Both the position numbers and the translations under genes were made by a program. Shown one piece after another: positions 27,570-40,838 of a stretch of DNA of 64,000 nucleotides. Each line of letters begins with the position of its first letter. The first letter of the stretch is position 1. The notes beneath the pieces were generated by a model, which saw nothing but the letters and a program-made list of their open reading frames with translations, was not told the origin of the DNA and ran no database searches. The DNA comes from Microbotryum violaceum (taxonomy: Eukaryota), in the NCBI GenBank assembly GCA_001244265.2, contig CDLV01000004.1, positions 1,736,001-1,800,000 of the forward strand. The letters are read 5' to 3'.

Positions 27570-28476
27570 TAGACGCAGGAGCTCCGAGTGGACCTCAAGA
27601 TGCAGCATCTACAAGCCTTTCTGGATTCAGCACCGGCGCAGCTGCACGCGTCTTGTCCTCGACTCAACCCCTCATTGATTGACGGCGACCTGCCCACTGC
27701 CCCGCCAAGCCGCACTATATTACGCTTTAAACTTTCCGACCAGGAAGGAATTTCTTGCATACTCTGGGAGGACAAGTTCTATATTACAAGCACTGACATA
27801 CTGCGGATTATAGCCTTTCGCCTAAATCTGCTGGGTGGCCCCGGGCCGCTTCTGTCATGGAAGAAGCTTGAAGGCGGTGTGTTCAGCGATCTTCGAAATC
27901 TCAAAGAGGGACGTGGTTCGTTAATGTTGGAGTCCAAGGTATGGCAAGTCATGACTTCCTCACCATCGCTGGTAGCGACTGATAGAATTGCCACAGTCCG
28001 AACTTCTGCAGCTTTTGTTCCAGCATCGATGCGTCCGCACTCAAAAGAAGCAAAAGATTTTTCTCTGGCAAAGTGTTCCCCATGAGCAATTGTACCGTTC
28101 GGCCGTCAACAGACACGGCGTGCTTCCATCCGCCGTTATACAGCAGCCGAGGCTGTTAGGACGCTCAAGCAATGCGTCCAGAGGCGTCCACTCAACACAA
28201 CAGCAATTGGTGAGCGTTGGACAAAGAAAGAAGGCGCTCTATGATGGCATGTCTGATCACGGTAGTTATAGCAGGAACAGACTCTCCAAAGTCATGGTGC
28301 CACAGCAAAAGGCCCCAACAAGAGCTTTGCATGCCCTCTGGCTTCCTGCGACCGCAAATTTTATCGGCAAGAGCATTCACTGCGCCACCTCAGAGTTCAC
28401 ACTCAAGAGCGACCACACACCTGTTCGCAATGCTCCAAGGGCTTTGCTCAACTTGACAATCTCCGGGCCCATGTGA
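27570..28476 (+). CDS. STE12: Divergent STE-domain (Ste12-like) transcription factor; intron 27939-27996; 5' start uncertain
   Basis: FLDSAP...ISCILWEDKFYITSTDILR...KKLEGGVFSDLRNLK|SELLQLL...CVRTQKKQKIFLWQSVPHEQL matches the STE domain. A GT...CAG intron joins the two ORFs. Confidence 0.82.
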
Positions 28477-28624
28477 GTTTGATCTTGTACCGGGTGACAA
28501 CGGAAGAAGCTGAGCATGGCGCCGTCCATATAAATTCAGGAGCGCACGCATCGCAGGCAATGCGCAGCTCGAGACGGATGTGGAGAACTTTAGGACGGTG
28601 CCGATTACGCTTACATCACTTGTA

Positions 28625-30380
28625 CTATAAATATGGAACCCCAAGCTGTTTTCTAAACATGTCGAGTGTGAACTCCACGACGAGGAGCAGCACTCCGCCA
28701 CCAGGCGCGAGTCGGAGTACCTTTGGCACAAACCCTGAGTAGAGCGCACCAATGCCCTCCTCCCGAGCGATGAGCAGGAGAGAAGGGAAGGTCCAATTGT
28801 ACTTGGGAGTCGATCCTGTAACCTGTGGGTAGCATTATAAGAGTACAATCCAGAGAGCGAAGGTCACACAGATGGAGGAGCCGTAAGTATGCCAAGAGTT
28901 GCTCAGCGTTTTGATCAACGACATGAAAGGCACGGCAGGATCGGCATCGCTACGGACCTTGATCAAGTTCTGCATGCGGGATTTGACCACATCGACTGAT
29001 TTTTGAAAGCGATAGATCCGAGGTCAGTCCAGACCGAAGCAAAAGAGGACATAAAAGAAGAAGGCAAGCACCTAGATTGAGTAAACGTACATGGGGTGTT
29101 GAAAGCCGTTCCAACAAAGCCACCAATGGCACCAGACACGAAATTGTTAAACAGCTCGCCAGATTTTTTCTGTTTAATACAAGCCGTTAACGGCTTGATT
29201 CAGCCCGCAGAATGTCAAAACGCAGACCAAAACCGGGTTGACGAACCTCGGCCTTAGGCATCAGAGCGCGGACTTGGAAGATGCACCCAAAGTATCCTCC
29301 GTTCCATGTCACGTGGCTAAAGTGTAGGGGGCTCGCAAAACAGGTCAGCCTGAGCAGCAGAGGTTTGCGGGTCGACGTACCGCCAGAACGTAGGTTCGAG
29401 ACCGGCATAGAGGCCCAACAAGCCTTCCTTGCGCACAATCTGGCCAACAACATCCATTGGCCCCTTATAGGTGCTATTCTTGTCCTGCAGTCGGATCTTG
29501 ACCAATTCAAAAGGCACGACCACCACACTTTCCGTGGCCCCAGCGCTGCAACCCATGAGGATCGACAGCCCCTGGGTCATCTTGTCAGTTCCAAGTGCCG
29601 ATTTGTACGTATTGCCCCAGAAATCATTGGCAGCGAACTTGACGGCGCGCTTGGGTGCCTCAAGCATCAGCGGCGGCACGAGTCCCCGATATAGGCGGCC
29701 GACGCTGATCAAGGAGGCAGCAGTTCCACATGAGTGTCCCTGTTCCGAGCCATGACCGGATCGCATCTGTGAACTGACCCCTCGCCAGCGATAATCTTTT
29801 TGAAGCAGTTGACCATCCCATTGTAATGCTCCGCACCAGCGACAGGTTTTCCGACCTGAAGTTGCATACGGGTCTTGACCTGCATGGCCCGGGGGGGGGG
29901 GGGGGCAGATGGCAAAGGGAGAACAGAGTGTTGGCTTGGCTGAGACGCAACTCAACGAGACCATAGGGCATCTTGTCGCGCAGACTGACCACATCTGGTA
30001 GACGCCCGCGATTGCACACGAAAACGGTTGGAGCAGACGCAACGGAACGAGGGGAGAAGGAGAAGGAGAGGGTGTGGGAGGGAGGGATGATCAGCAGCGA
30101 TAACAATCGTGGTTCAGGCTGTGACATGCCGAGAAGACGAGAGACGGACCTAGCGGGTAGAGGCACAACAGTTCGGTGACACCAGCGATTGCACCCGCAG
30201 TGAACTGATAGATGAAGGGCAGGGCTGAGTCGATTTAGCAACGCGGTGGGTGGAGTGATGGAGTGGTAGAGTCAGCAAAGGGGACCCTGTCAGGCCCGTC
30301 ACGGAGATTAGCCATGCCATTGTCCGTGATGGGGTGGGGACTGACGCTTCCTGTTTCGCGTGACCGGTGTCAAGTCATTG
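28625..30380 (-). CDS. ODC1: Mitochondrial 2-oxodicarboxylate carrier (SLC25, ODC1/ODC2-like), multi-exon; first exon uncertain
   Basis: PLPFIYQFTAGAIAGVTELLCLYPLDVVKTRMQLQ, LEAPKRAVKFAAND, PFELVKIRLQD, PFDVVKSRMQ and GFVPKVLRLAPGGGVLL. Three PxDxxKxR repeats; TAG stop at 28625-28627. Confidence 0.9.
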
Positions 30381-30904
30381 GAGGACTGCGGCCAACGCGC
30401 CGACGCACCTTGTCAAACGGGAGGTCCAACTCGAATCGGAGAGGAGCTTCGCTCGTCGCATCAATCCGACGTGCATTGGCCACCGCTAGATGCCGTTTGG
30501 CTATGAACTCTTCGTCCTTGTCGAAAGTCGCCGCCAATCGCTCTGGTTTGGGGGCTTGAGCTGTGGCCGCAGCCGCAGCCAGTTGCATCGTCCACATCTT
30601 CGGATCGTAGTTCATACATGTCACAGTTATTGGTTAAGAGTCTGAAGAGTTTCTACTACAATTAGGTTTGATCTCATCACTCTAATTCATATTTGCTAAA
30701 CGGAAGATATGATCACCTCACAAATCTTGCCCTGGCCTTACAATCTATTAGCTTGTTTAGATTGGTCTGCACCTGAGTGACACTTTTCTCCTTAGTCTTA
30801 CTCTGTTTGCTCTCGCAACGGTTCTGACATAAGTGTCCTCAGGTGAGTTGTCATTACATATATTGTTCGCTCTCGCAACGGTTCTGGCATAAGTGTCCTC
30901 AGTG

Positions 30905-33900
30905 CAAGATACATAGCGTCCCAAATCCATCTTAATACGCAGCCCATGCGTCGCGTGCCAAAAATCTAGGGCGGTACAGAATCGGCAAAAGTGGCTGACG
31001 CTATAGGCTCCGACACCATTTCCCGACAACGCAATTTGAGTGAGAAATCGCCTGACGACGTCAGGAGGTGCGGGGAATCGATCCCTCCGGTCGACCAACT
31101 CGTCGTCACAGTACTTGAGGTATCATAGAATGCACATCGTCTACATCTCGTTCGACTCCGCTGTTCGCCCTGCCGCAACCATCACCATGTGCTCTGTTGC
31201 AGCCAATGCACACACATGGAGCGGACGTTGGACCGGAGTCGTCGGTGTGAGAACGAGGATTTGGTTGATACCTCAATATGTCTTGGCGAACGCGGCGCAC
31301 AGCCGCTCCTCCGGTGTGCAATTCGTGGAGGAAGCTATCGGGGCCATCTTGTTCCCGTCTGCCTCAGGTAGGTAAACGACAATGTCCCCCAGATGGGAAC
31401 TGCGCAACATTGGCAGTCTTGGATTTGACATCAACATGAATCCCAAACAAGCCCCTGGGCTACGATCCAGTTTCACAGTTGGAGGTGGCGTCGCAGCCGG
31501 TGCTCCATTGCGCAGCGCCAAACTCGACGCGTCGGCCCGACCAGTAAGCGCTCTTCCTGACTTGAAGGTGCACTCCCTCACAGCCATCGTCGGCAGCGTC
31601 GGGTACGGAACAGTTCATTGACGAAGCCTCCACGCAGCTCGTGAATCCTCAAAAGACATCTATATTTTTGAGACGGTGTGCGACGCGGGTGGGGGGAGGC
31701 CGAACGTGCCAAGCACGCGCCCGCAATCACGCTCTCGCGGCGGAGACGGGACAGGACCGGACAACCGCAAAGTCGCAACCGAGGCACAAGAGCGCGGCTC
31801 TGAGTCATGACAGCGTGACATTGAAAAAACAGGACGCAAGAGGGTTCGACCTCACCAACAAACAAAAGGTACACGACCTCGCAGACACAGGGATACGCAA
31901 CTCTGTACAAACGAAGCTCCACCTTCCACAAAGGGAGTCAAATATCTCAGCCTATCGCCCACAGGGGCTCTCCCGCCGCCCGCAGCAACTTGCGTCCCGC
32001 AGGAAACTTCGACAGTGGGTGCGCGATCATGAACGGGAACGGTTTGTACTGCCGCGGGCGGTCTGACTGCCGGGAAACGACATCCGTGGGGTTTACCTTA
32101 GTGTTAACGTATTCAATCGACCACTTCACACCTCAAGTTTCCTCAAGGCTGCGCAGGTTTGAAAGCGACAAGTTCACAAGGGATTCATTGAATGCCCTTT
32201 CCTCCATCCAAGCACAACCCCAGTGTTGTCACATTGGAGAACGAAATGTTTATCGTCACATTTGTAACGCTGCCTCGGCCAGCGCCTCGACCTCCCACGC
32301 CTCCGCATTCGTGATAGAGACCGAGTGTCGAGGCGGTGGCAGATCCGTCCACCCCTCAGGGAGAGCGAAGTACGCGGAGTATCCGTTGACGACGATGCCT
32401 AGTCCGTGCATACAGGCATCCGACACTAGCGCAAGCTTTGATGGGATCAGGAGGGCCTCAAACAACGTGGAGAACGGGCCTTCCGACGAGAGGAACCTTC
32501 TCCAGTATTCAAGCTGATCATACGTGCAACGGTCCAGGCGATGCGCCCGCAAAACCGCCTTCCGCTCCCCGTTCACGATACACTGTCTCAACGGCCCAGT
32601 GACCGACTCGACCTCCGAGCGTCTTGGGGTAAGACAGATTTTCGATCTGTCTCCACTTCGGCGGCATTCCGGGCGCTACTGACGTCGGCACATAGCTGAT
32701 CGGATTCATGCGGAAAGGGCCGACCGTGGCCTCGAGCTCGTCCTTGTCGTACGACCCCGCGATGTACCCGAGATTGAGCATGCGTTCCATCTCGCCATCC
32801 ATGACCAGTTGTTGCTCCTCGGTGAGCGGTGCGTTCTTCGCGATGCGACGCTCCGACGGAGGTTCCTTGATGCCGAAATCAAAGCCCTTTCGGATCTGCT
32901 TCGGTATAGCAGCCAGGTGCGGCGCGAAGTGCGCAACCTTTCCGAGTGCCTTAATGTTGGCTTTGAATGCGGGAGAATCGAGCGGCAGAACAATCTTGTA
33001 CATTGCATCATGGAACGAGTCAACTTTGCAAGCCATGATTCGCATGTGAGCGGAAGTTTTAGGCGCTGGCGACAGGCCGGGTGCGGGCATTGAAGGCACG
33101 GACGGGACATCTTCTTTGCTACCGGCCGCAACAGGTTCAAGTGAAGCTCTGCCCACCCCGTGGAGGGGCAGTTCGGTGATGCTCGGAGGGTCCGCCGAAG
33201 CAGCGCTTAGCGCGTCTGGAAAATTCAAATCCAGCACGTCAGCAATTGGCTGCGCAGGAAGGGGCAACGCCCAGCCAGTCCGTCGGGACCGGGCGTCTAC
33301 ACGTACGCGGACGTGAGGAAGCGCGAACGGTGGGGGATTTGACCCCTGAACCAGAGAACGGAGGCACTCGACGCGATGCCTGAGAGGTAATGACCTCAGA
33401 AAGGGCCACAAAGCCCGTCGGGACCGGCCATTTACACGTACGCGGACGTGAGGAAGCGCGAACGGTGGGGAATTTGACCCGAGAGCGAGAATCGGAGATT
33501 CGAATCCAGCACGTCAGCCCTCGGCTGCGGACGAAAGGGCAACACCCATCCGGTCCGTCAGGAGCGGGCATCACGTATGCACACATGAGGAAGCGCGAAC
33601 GGTGGGGGATGCGACCCCTGAACGAGAACGGAGGGCCGCGACGCGATGCCTGAGAGGTAACGACCTCAGAAAGGGCCACAGAAAGCGGCTCAAATCGTAG
33701 GGTGCATACGTGAGGAAGCGCGAACGGTGGGGAATTCAACCCCTGAACCAGAGAACGGAGGCACTCGACGCGATGCTTAAGAGGTAATGACCTCAGAAAG
33801 GGCCACAGAGCCCGTAGGGACAGGGCATCTACACATACGCAGACATGAGGCGGAAGTGACGGCACGACACGAGAGTGGGGAAAAGTTGGTAATACAGACG

Positions 33901-34830
33901 CGCCAACTGTTATAGTTGTTGCAGGCTGCCGCCCTCGGCACAGCGCTGAGCGGAACCACCGAAGTTACGACTACCACTGCAGGCGCAACCGCTACAGGTT
34001 TGAGGAGAGGAAATATCGGCTTCCAATCCTCGCCCCCCAGCGTTACCTCCTCCATGGCTTGAATGCGGCCACGCGCCTCGATGAGATCGTCTACCGGGCG
34101 CTCCATCGCCCGGGCCCACGATGACTGGTGCTCGGCCGCGAGCTCAGCCCACTTCATGGCGGGCACGTTGAGGGCAGCCGAGACCTGAGCCATCATCGAC
34201 TGGTCGAAGGGTCCGAAAACCTTTATCTTCGAGACCTTGAACCCCGACCACCACAAAGAACGAACCGTCAAGTCGTATTTCCTCATGATGGACCAATTCG
34301 AGTCACAGGTCCACATCGCAACCGACTCGAAGTGCCGGTCAAACATCTCCGAAGGCGACTGTGCGCCTCCGACAATGATCGAGGCCGTCATCAGGTCGAC
34401 CGCTTCCTTTATCAGGAGCACGTAAGAATAGCGCGCGCCTTGCCACTGCGTGCGCGGCAGGCAGCCGTCGAAGACCAGACCCGCCTCCATCCGCGCCTTG
34501 AAACCCACATCATAATCCAGACTCACTTGACTTGTTGGTGTCGTGATAGACACGGCATTGGAGGATCCTTGCGATCCTTCGCCCACTTGATCATTTCAGC
34601 AGAGATGCCGAACAAGGCGCCATCGTAAGTGGTACCCGCCGTCGTGTCTGGGGCGCCGGAAAGTTGCATCGGGGGCAATAGCGGGGCCACGTGCACGCCC
34701 GCGGCGCCACCGATAGTTGCCGCCGGCGACTCTGTAGACGAGAGCGGGGCGTGGTCGTTGGTTGAGGTCGAAGCAGTCGTCATTGCCGGTAACAATAGGG
34801 TCGAAAAGTTTCGCGAGTGTAGAGGCAATT
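30905..34830 (-). mobile_element. Degenerate tyrosine-recombinase retrotransposon (DIRS/Ngaro type)
   Basis: gag-like ORF (33777-34830) ending in a C..YN...C Cys/His motif. RT N-terminus FRMNPISYVP...KWRQIENLSYPK jumps almost directly to RNase H (VSDAC..GLG, ITNAEAW, YVNTKVNPTDVVSR). Recombinase N-terminal helical region (RFLTQIAL...LDFWHATHG) is truncated at ~30905. Confidence 0.78.
33295..33860. repeat. Degenerate tandem repeat, ~4 units of ~130-150 bp, between gag and RT
   Basis: Recurring GTGAGGAAGCGCGAACGGTGGGG (~33313, 33448, 33585, 33710) and GAGGTAATGACCTCAGAAAGGGCCACA. Confidence 0.85.
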
Positions 34831-37800
34831 AGCACTGCCGTTCGAGCGAAACAAATATGGTGCAGAAGCGAACAGGCATTTCTCTCGCCTACTCCCTACT
34901 CCACTCTAAGCGCATGCGCGCCACCCCCAGGAGGACCCCCGAAAGCCCGGCCTGAGGCGCGTAGTGCCCGACTGGACAAATTGTGGGCCTCAGATGGGCC
35001 AAAATCGCGAAGGCGCGTAGTCGGGGGTGGACAAATCAGGGTGCGCCGGTGCGGGTGGGGTCCTAGGCCCGTAGGTGCCAGTGGACAAATCTGGACCCAT
35101 TTCAGCCACATTCGGCTTGGTGCCCCAGCGTTTGCCGACCCTCAAGAACGTGCGGAGCGCGCGCGAAACACTCTGGGCCTGTACCGAATTCACAACAAGG
35201 GCTCTAATGGTTCGATTCTGCAATTAGAAGCCTCTTGGCTGGTTGAACGAGCCGTCTCGTCTGAGTGCGCCGTCTCTTGCCTCCCCCGCCGCGTCGCGTC
35301 GTCTGTGCCATCATCGTCATTATCCTACGTTCTCGCTTCGCCAGCTTCGACGAAATGTATCTAGACGATCCGGATATCGAGCTTCTCGCCTTCCGCTTCG
35401 ACAGCCCACTGCAGACACCCAGATAACCCAGATACAGCTTTCATGGTCGACAGACGAGCCTCTCGAGTGTGATACTCTTCCTAGGCCGCTCGATGCTTGG
35501 ACGGACAAGTTCAAGGATCGTGGAGCAATTACTGCGGCGCGTGAGCAAGGTTACCGGTCAATTGCTATCGCTGGGCACCGGCTGCCTTTCGGTGTCGAAG
35601 GATCTGGCGGCATATAGATTACGCCGAGCGCATGCGTTCGATCGTTATCAGCAGCCAAAAGTGGATGGAAATTCATCTGGGTGTCGACATCAAAAGTCAG
35701 CATCTCATCGTAAAGGCTCTGGAGGTGCTGCCGTCACTGCTCATAGAGGAGCAATATACCCCCTCAAGGATCCTCGGGTGTAGCGCGTCTTTGCACACGC
35801 TGCTCGATTTCGTTGGGAAGCAGCCAAATTGTTCGTCTGTTCGATGGCGTGGATTGATTGGGATTATTTTTCGTGCTTTTCCTAGGGACAATGTGGCTTG
35901 GAGAAAGGTCTCGTCGTGCTGGACCCGAAAGAGCGGAAGTCGGTTGAAAACGCTGTTCGCTCTTTAGCTGCTCTTGGCCTTAACAATGATGCTGCACCGT
36001 AAGTTGAGTGCCATGAGACCTGTACCAACCTTCTCTGAGCTGATCACTCATCTCTTCCAATTCTAGGCTTGCCATTCAGCAGGCCTATGACGAGGCCAAT
36101 GCTCAAGCTGAGGAACACTTCCTGCTCAACGTCATTGTGAAATGAAAGCTTGCCGGGTCGTGTAGGTTCATCTAAGCAATTGGTTTCGTGTAGCAACACT
36201 GAATGGAACCAGCATTCTTTCACAGGCTCAGATTATTCAGCTCCCATCCCTTCTGCGTCACGAATCTTGTCAGCTTGCGCTTGATCTGAACAGCTTGATC
36301 CAGCACCGTCGGGCACATCAATGCTTCCATCTCAGAGCTGTCCTACTCAAGGGAAGGCACGGCGCCACTACCTCAACTTCCCAAGTTTCCGATCCCACAT
36401 CAAAAGCAAAATTGTCCAAGCACGGTGAAATGCACTCCAGTGTCATCCGAGGCTTAGTGCATTCAATGGGTGCAGCCCGTCTCGAAGCCGTGTCAGGAGT
36501 TGCGAGGTCCATTCATTGGACAAGACAAGCGACCTTCAGTCGCTTTTTGACCGCAAACGAGACGGAAAACATAGGGTACATCGAAGACAGACGTAAAGAA
36601 GTGAGCTGCAATTGTGCTCTGCACATACGGCCCAGAGAGTGCTCATCAATAATGTTCATTCTTGCCCAGATACGGATGCAATTGCGAGCAAGGCAATACA
36701 CGGCATTCGCCAAGAACCCACCGTTTGGGTCAATCAACGGAAACGTCACGTCAGCCACGCCTTTGAAAATCGGCTCTGCTGTCTGCTTTGTATTGAAACG
36801 AGGCATGATACCTGTCAGTTGTGACGCCAGCAACATAGGAGAAGAACAACTGTCGATTGGACTTGGTTCGTACATCTCACGGTAGCTAGCTTAATGCTTC
36901 GCAGAGTGACTGCAATCGATCTTACCTCTCGCTGTACGTTACATGTATACCATGGCCACGTTAAATCATAGTCAAAGAGGTAGGCAGTAAGTGCAGGTGA
37001 GGGGCCCTCGGCGAAGCAGAGCTGAAGCGGCTGACGCGCGCGCGGGCTCCGGCGATTCGGTCCGGGCGAAAAACGTCCGGACGGCGTTTTCGCGATTTTT
37101 GAAGATGTTTTAGAGCATTTGAAGCAGTTCTAGAGCTATTTTTGGACGCGCGTAGATAGACTGGACATTTTGGGGACCTTTTTGGCCGAAAAATCCAAAA
37201 ATTGGTGGACAAATGAGGTCCAAAATTGGGAAACTCGGCGGATTTTATCTACGCGCCTCAAACTGGGCTTTCGGGGGTCCTCCCCGCTGGCCTCCGCTGG
37301 CAAGTTGCCACCGCCCGGCCCACTCCTTTCCGTCTCTCTGTCCTGCCTTGTTCTGACTTGGACCGAGTTTCCTCGCATCTCTAAGGCAGGCTATCACAAA
37401 ACCGCCGTCATGTCACTGCTTTCTGATCTTGTACACCTCCGCACCATCGACCACAACTCTCGAATCTTGACAACGTGTTAAGTATCGCGTCCAACCACTA
37501 GCGACAGCCGATCCTCCCGCCGCACCGATCAAGCGAGTATGTGTATTCCGGTCCGCTCTTACGCAACAGTCCAGTGTCAGCACTCGATGATGTGGTTGAC
37601 AAATGCAGTCTTGGGCAGCTCGTGCGCAGCAGCATCAACTTCAGCATGGATCTCCTGGAGCTTTTTGGGGCGCATCACGTGAAAGGATACTCCAGGAGGA
37701 ACCCGCTTGCGGAAGAGCTATCCCTACAAGCGCTCCTTTGGTCGTGCGATCCCCACTGTAATGCTTGTTCAAATGGGTATGTTTTTAGAAGGCAATAAGC

Positions 37801-38011
37801 GAAGCGGCGAGTCCCGTGACTCGGCCACGTCGTCATTGCTTCTCCGACTATAGAGCATACGCATCAAAACCTATTGACGTGCTTCGAGCCTGACTGAACG
37901 AGGGAAGTCCAGACGAACCGCGAGAACGACGTCTCAGGGACTGACTCTAAACAAACGCTGCACAGACGTCCACCGCTGCATCCCGAACCCGCACGAGAAG
38001 ATCCCGGTAAA

Positions 38012-39720
38012 GTGACATCGCATTTTGCGCCAGCATCCGATCAGTTCAAGACAGAGAACCGTTCTGAATGGAATGATTACTTCAGCGACGCTCGTTCCCG
38101 TCTCTTCTGCTGCCTGGTGTGTTCCGAGAGAGTGTTCGGGCATAACGTCCGATGGGTGCCTGAAGACGACATCAAGGGTGAGGGATCAGGGAGTTGGAGA
38201 TTAACCAACTCTACACTACGGACGGACCTCCGACTTACGATTTTTCAGCTTGACGGGGTGCGCTCATCCATCCCCGACGTCTCCATCGACCGAGCGACTC
38301 TTTAATCGATCAGATCGCATACTCGCCCACGAACAACACGCTTCAGTGCTCACTCTGTCCAAACTGCTTCAAACGCCTGTTCCTTACCACAGGGCCACCG
38401 ACTAAGCCCCCCTCGGTCGTTGAGCAACGGATTTTATCCCGCATTGGATCACGTCTCCGCTGATGTCCGAGATTGCTTCTCCAACGCAAGTCAGCTTGAG
38501 CACCTCGTCACTGCGCGCGCCAGAGCCTACAGGATCGTGTACAAGCTAACTCGTTTCGGAAATCCCAAAGCTCAACAAGAACTTACGCGCGGAAACACCC
38601 TCATCTTCAGCCAGAACACCGCTTCGTTCACCGATGTACTGCCCATGTCAGTCGAGGAACTCGCTGACAGTGTTTACGTTTTATTCTGCGAAGGGAGCCC
38701 CAACCTTGCGGAGCTGGACAGGTGTCGACCCATGATCGTGAAGCAGAGTCGGATCCAAAAGATGCTCAGGTGGTTGATCAACGAAAGCAAAAATTCGGCG
38801 CACTCTGCCGTCTCCTTTGATTGCACAGCTCGTTCGACGCAGTTCCGGCACGGGTGCGCTCAACCGACTTCTTCAGCTTCTACGGCGGTTTCAGCTTCCA
38901 CTTCGACTTCGGCTTCCGTCTGGGTTGCTCCCTAAGTATCGGATCGACAAATCGCGGATGGAGACGGTCTCGTGCCCGACGTAGTTTTGGCGAATTCGGT
39001 GACCGCAGAGACAGTGGGAGCAACCTCATCGCTCTTTGAAGGCTACGCGACAACGCACTGCATAACGACTCTGATGAACCAGTCGAACACGTCCATGTGC
39101 CGCCACCCCCTACCGACGAACCAATTCACTTATGGCTGCTCTTTGAGAAAGCTCCCCGTTTATCTCAACCAGGACAAGCCCACCTATGTCATTCCGACAG
39201 GCGACGCCCCTTTGTGGGAACCCTCGGACGAGCTCGTGCTCTCAAAGCTGTGGCCACACCTCGATCCATTTGGTCTCGTCGGTTTCTGTGTCGATGTTGA
39301 GCGCAAGTCAAGATTTCTCTGGACGAGCAAGTCAAGCATTTGCTCAATCTATACGACAGCGATTTCGATGCGACCCGTCTTACCCATTCATCGTCTCGAA
39401 CATGCTCCGCCGACGAGAAGTGTTTCGCCAACTCGCTTTTCGGGTTCCCAAAGAGAAGGTGGCTCGAATCGCAGCAGCACTGCTCGAAATCGACATGGAT
39501 GTTGTGTCCGAAATGATCAAAACATCCAAGGACACGAAAAGGTACAAGGCAACAACAGAAGCAGAAAGCATATCAACCATATTCTGGCGGAATTGCAAAG
39601 TTTCGGAGACAAACTTCACGGCACAACTGCGCAGATGCTCGACATGAGGATACGTCAACGCGTTCGGTATGTACACCCTCTTCGTCAACGTCAACCCTGC
39701 AGATTTACACTCACCGTTGC
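38012..39720 (+). mobile_element. Helitron-type Rep N-terminal remnant (DUF6570-like plus Helitron_like_N), frameshifted
   Basis: RGNTLIFSQN...LPMSVEEL...V...KMLRWL; KLWPHLDPFG..G; RFRCDPSYPFIVSNMLRRRE; FGMYTLFVNVNPADLHSP (Rep motif I, ~39663-39716). Confidence 0.75.
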
Positions 39721-40838
39721 GATGACGAGGTATCTCACAGCCTTGGGCGCATCAAGGACAAGTTTCTCAACCAAGCAGATACCGTTTAGGCCAACGACAA
39801 AAAGTCATCTAATCGTGGGTTGTAACGCTCTTCCCACTGTGAAAGATCTGTGGGGGAATACTGACACTCCATGCCATTTGATTCCCATGTCTCTCAGCGG
39901 TGGACACATTCACCACGCCCACTGCAGTAGCCAGGCCGTCTCGCGCCCAAGTCGCTCCCGGAAGTCCCGATCTCTCAACGTCAACTGAGACCACTTCTTA
40001 TAGCTGACTTCGGCGAACACGCGATGTGGATCCCCGGCGCTGACGACCACATGCGAACACAAACTCGTCCAGACGCGGACTGTGACATGATGGGCGATGT
40101 CGAGTGATCTTAACTTATGCACTTACACCCCGGCTCTGGCTCGATCTCGTTGTCTGCAATGTTCATTAACGTTTGGCACATTTACATGCCTCATTCATGT
40201 GAAACGTTCTTGGTCATACTAGCCGCTGTCAGTCGGTGTTACTCCGTCAGAGGTTCAGGGACCCGTCACCCCCTCCGGGGGCGCGTTAATTTTATTGATC
40301 CCCAAGGACCCTTAGGGAATCTCGCCGGAAGGTCAAGCGATCGTCAATTCCCTACGCGCTGGCGCCGAAAATGTCAGACAAGGGAGGCTGTTTGTTTCAA
40401 GACGAAACGGACGCGCGCGAGACCCGCACATATCCGCTGTTCAAGCTCCTCTCATCAGAATCATGCATGCTCCCGACTCGTAGCTTCGCCACCAACATCA
40501 TTAACAAGTAGCCCAGAAGATCCAAGGAGAGTGGCCCATCACAGGCGTCAGAACTAAACAAACGAACGAAGCTAGTGTTTGTAGGAGAAACGAACGCGTC
40601 ACGACTGTGCCGACCCTTGTGAAACGAGTGAGAAACGTGCTGCTACAAATCGAGCAACAAGAGAAGCAGGAGCCGAAAATATGCACAAAGCAAGCGCGTA
40701 GATATGCGTACATACTTCAAGACTGAATGCAAAAATACGGACAATGTCGTACAGACGGGACAGGGAGCGGTATCGTCCCGAAACTTGATCAAGCTCAGAA
40801 GCTCAAGCTCAAGCTTGAACTCGATTCCGCCGTGCAGC

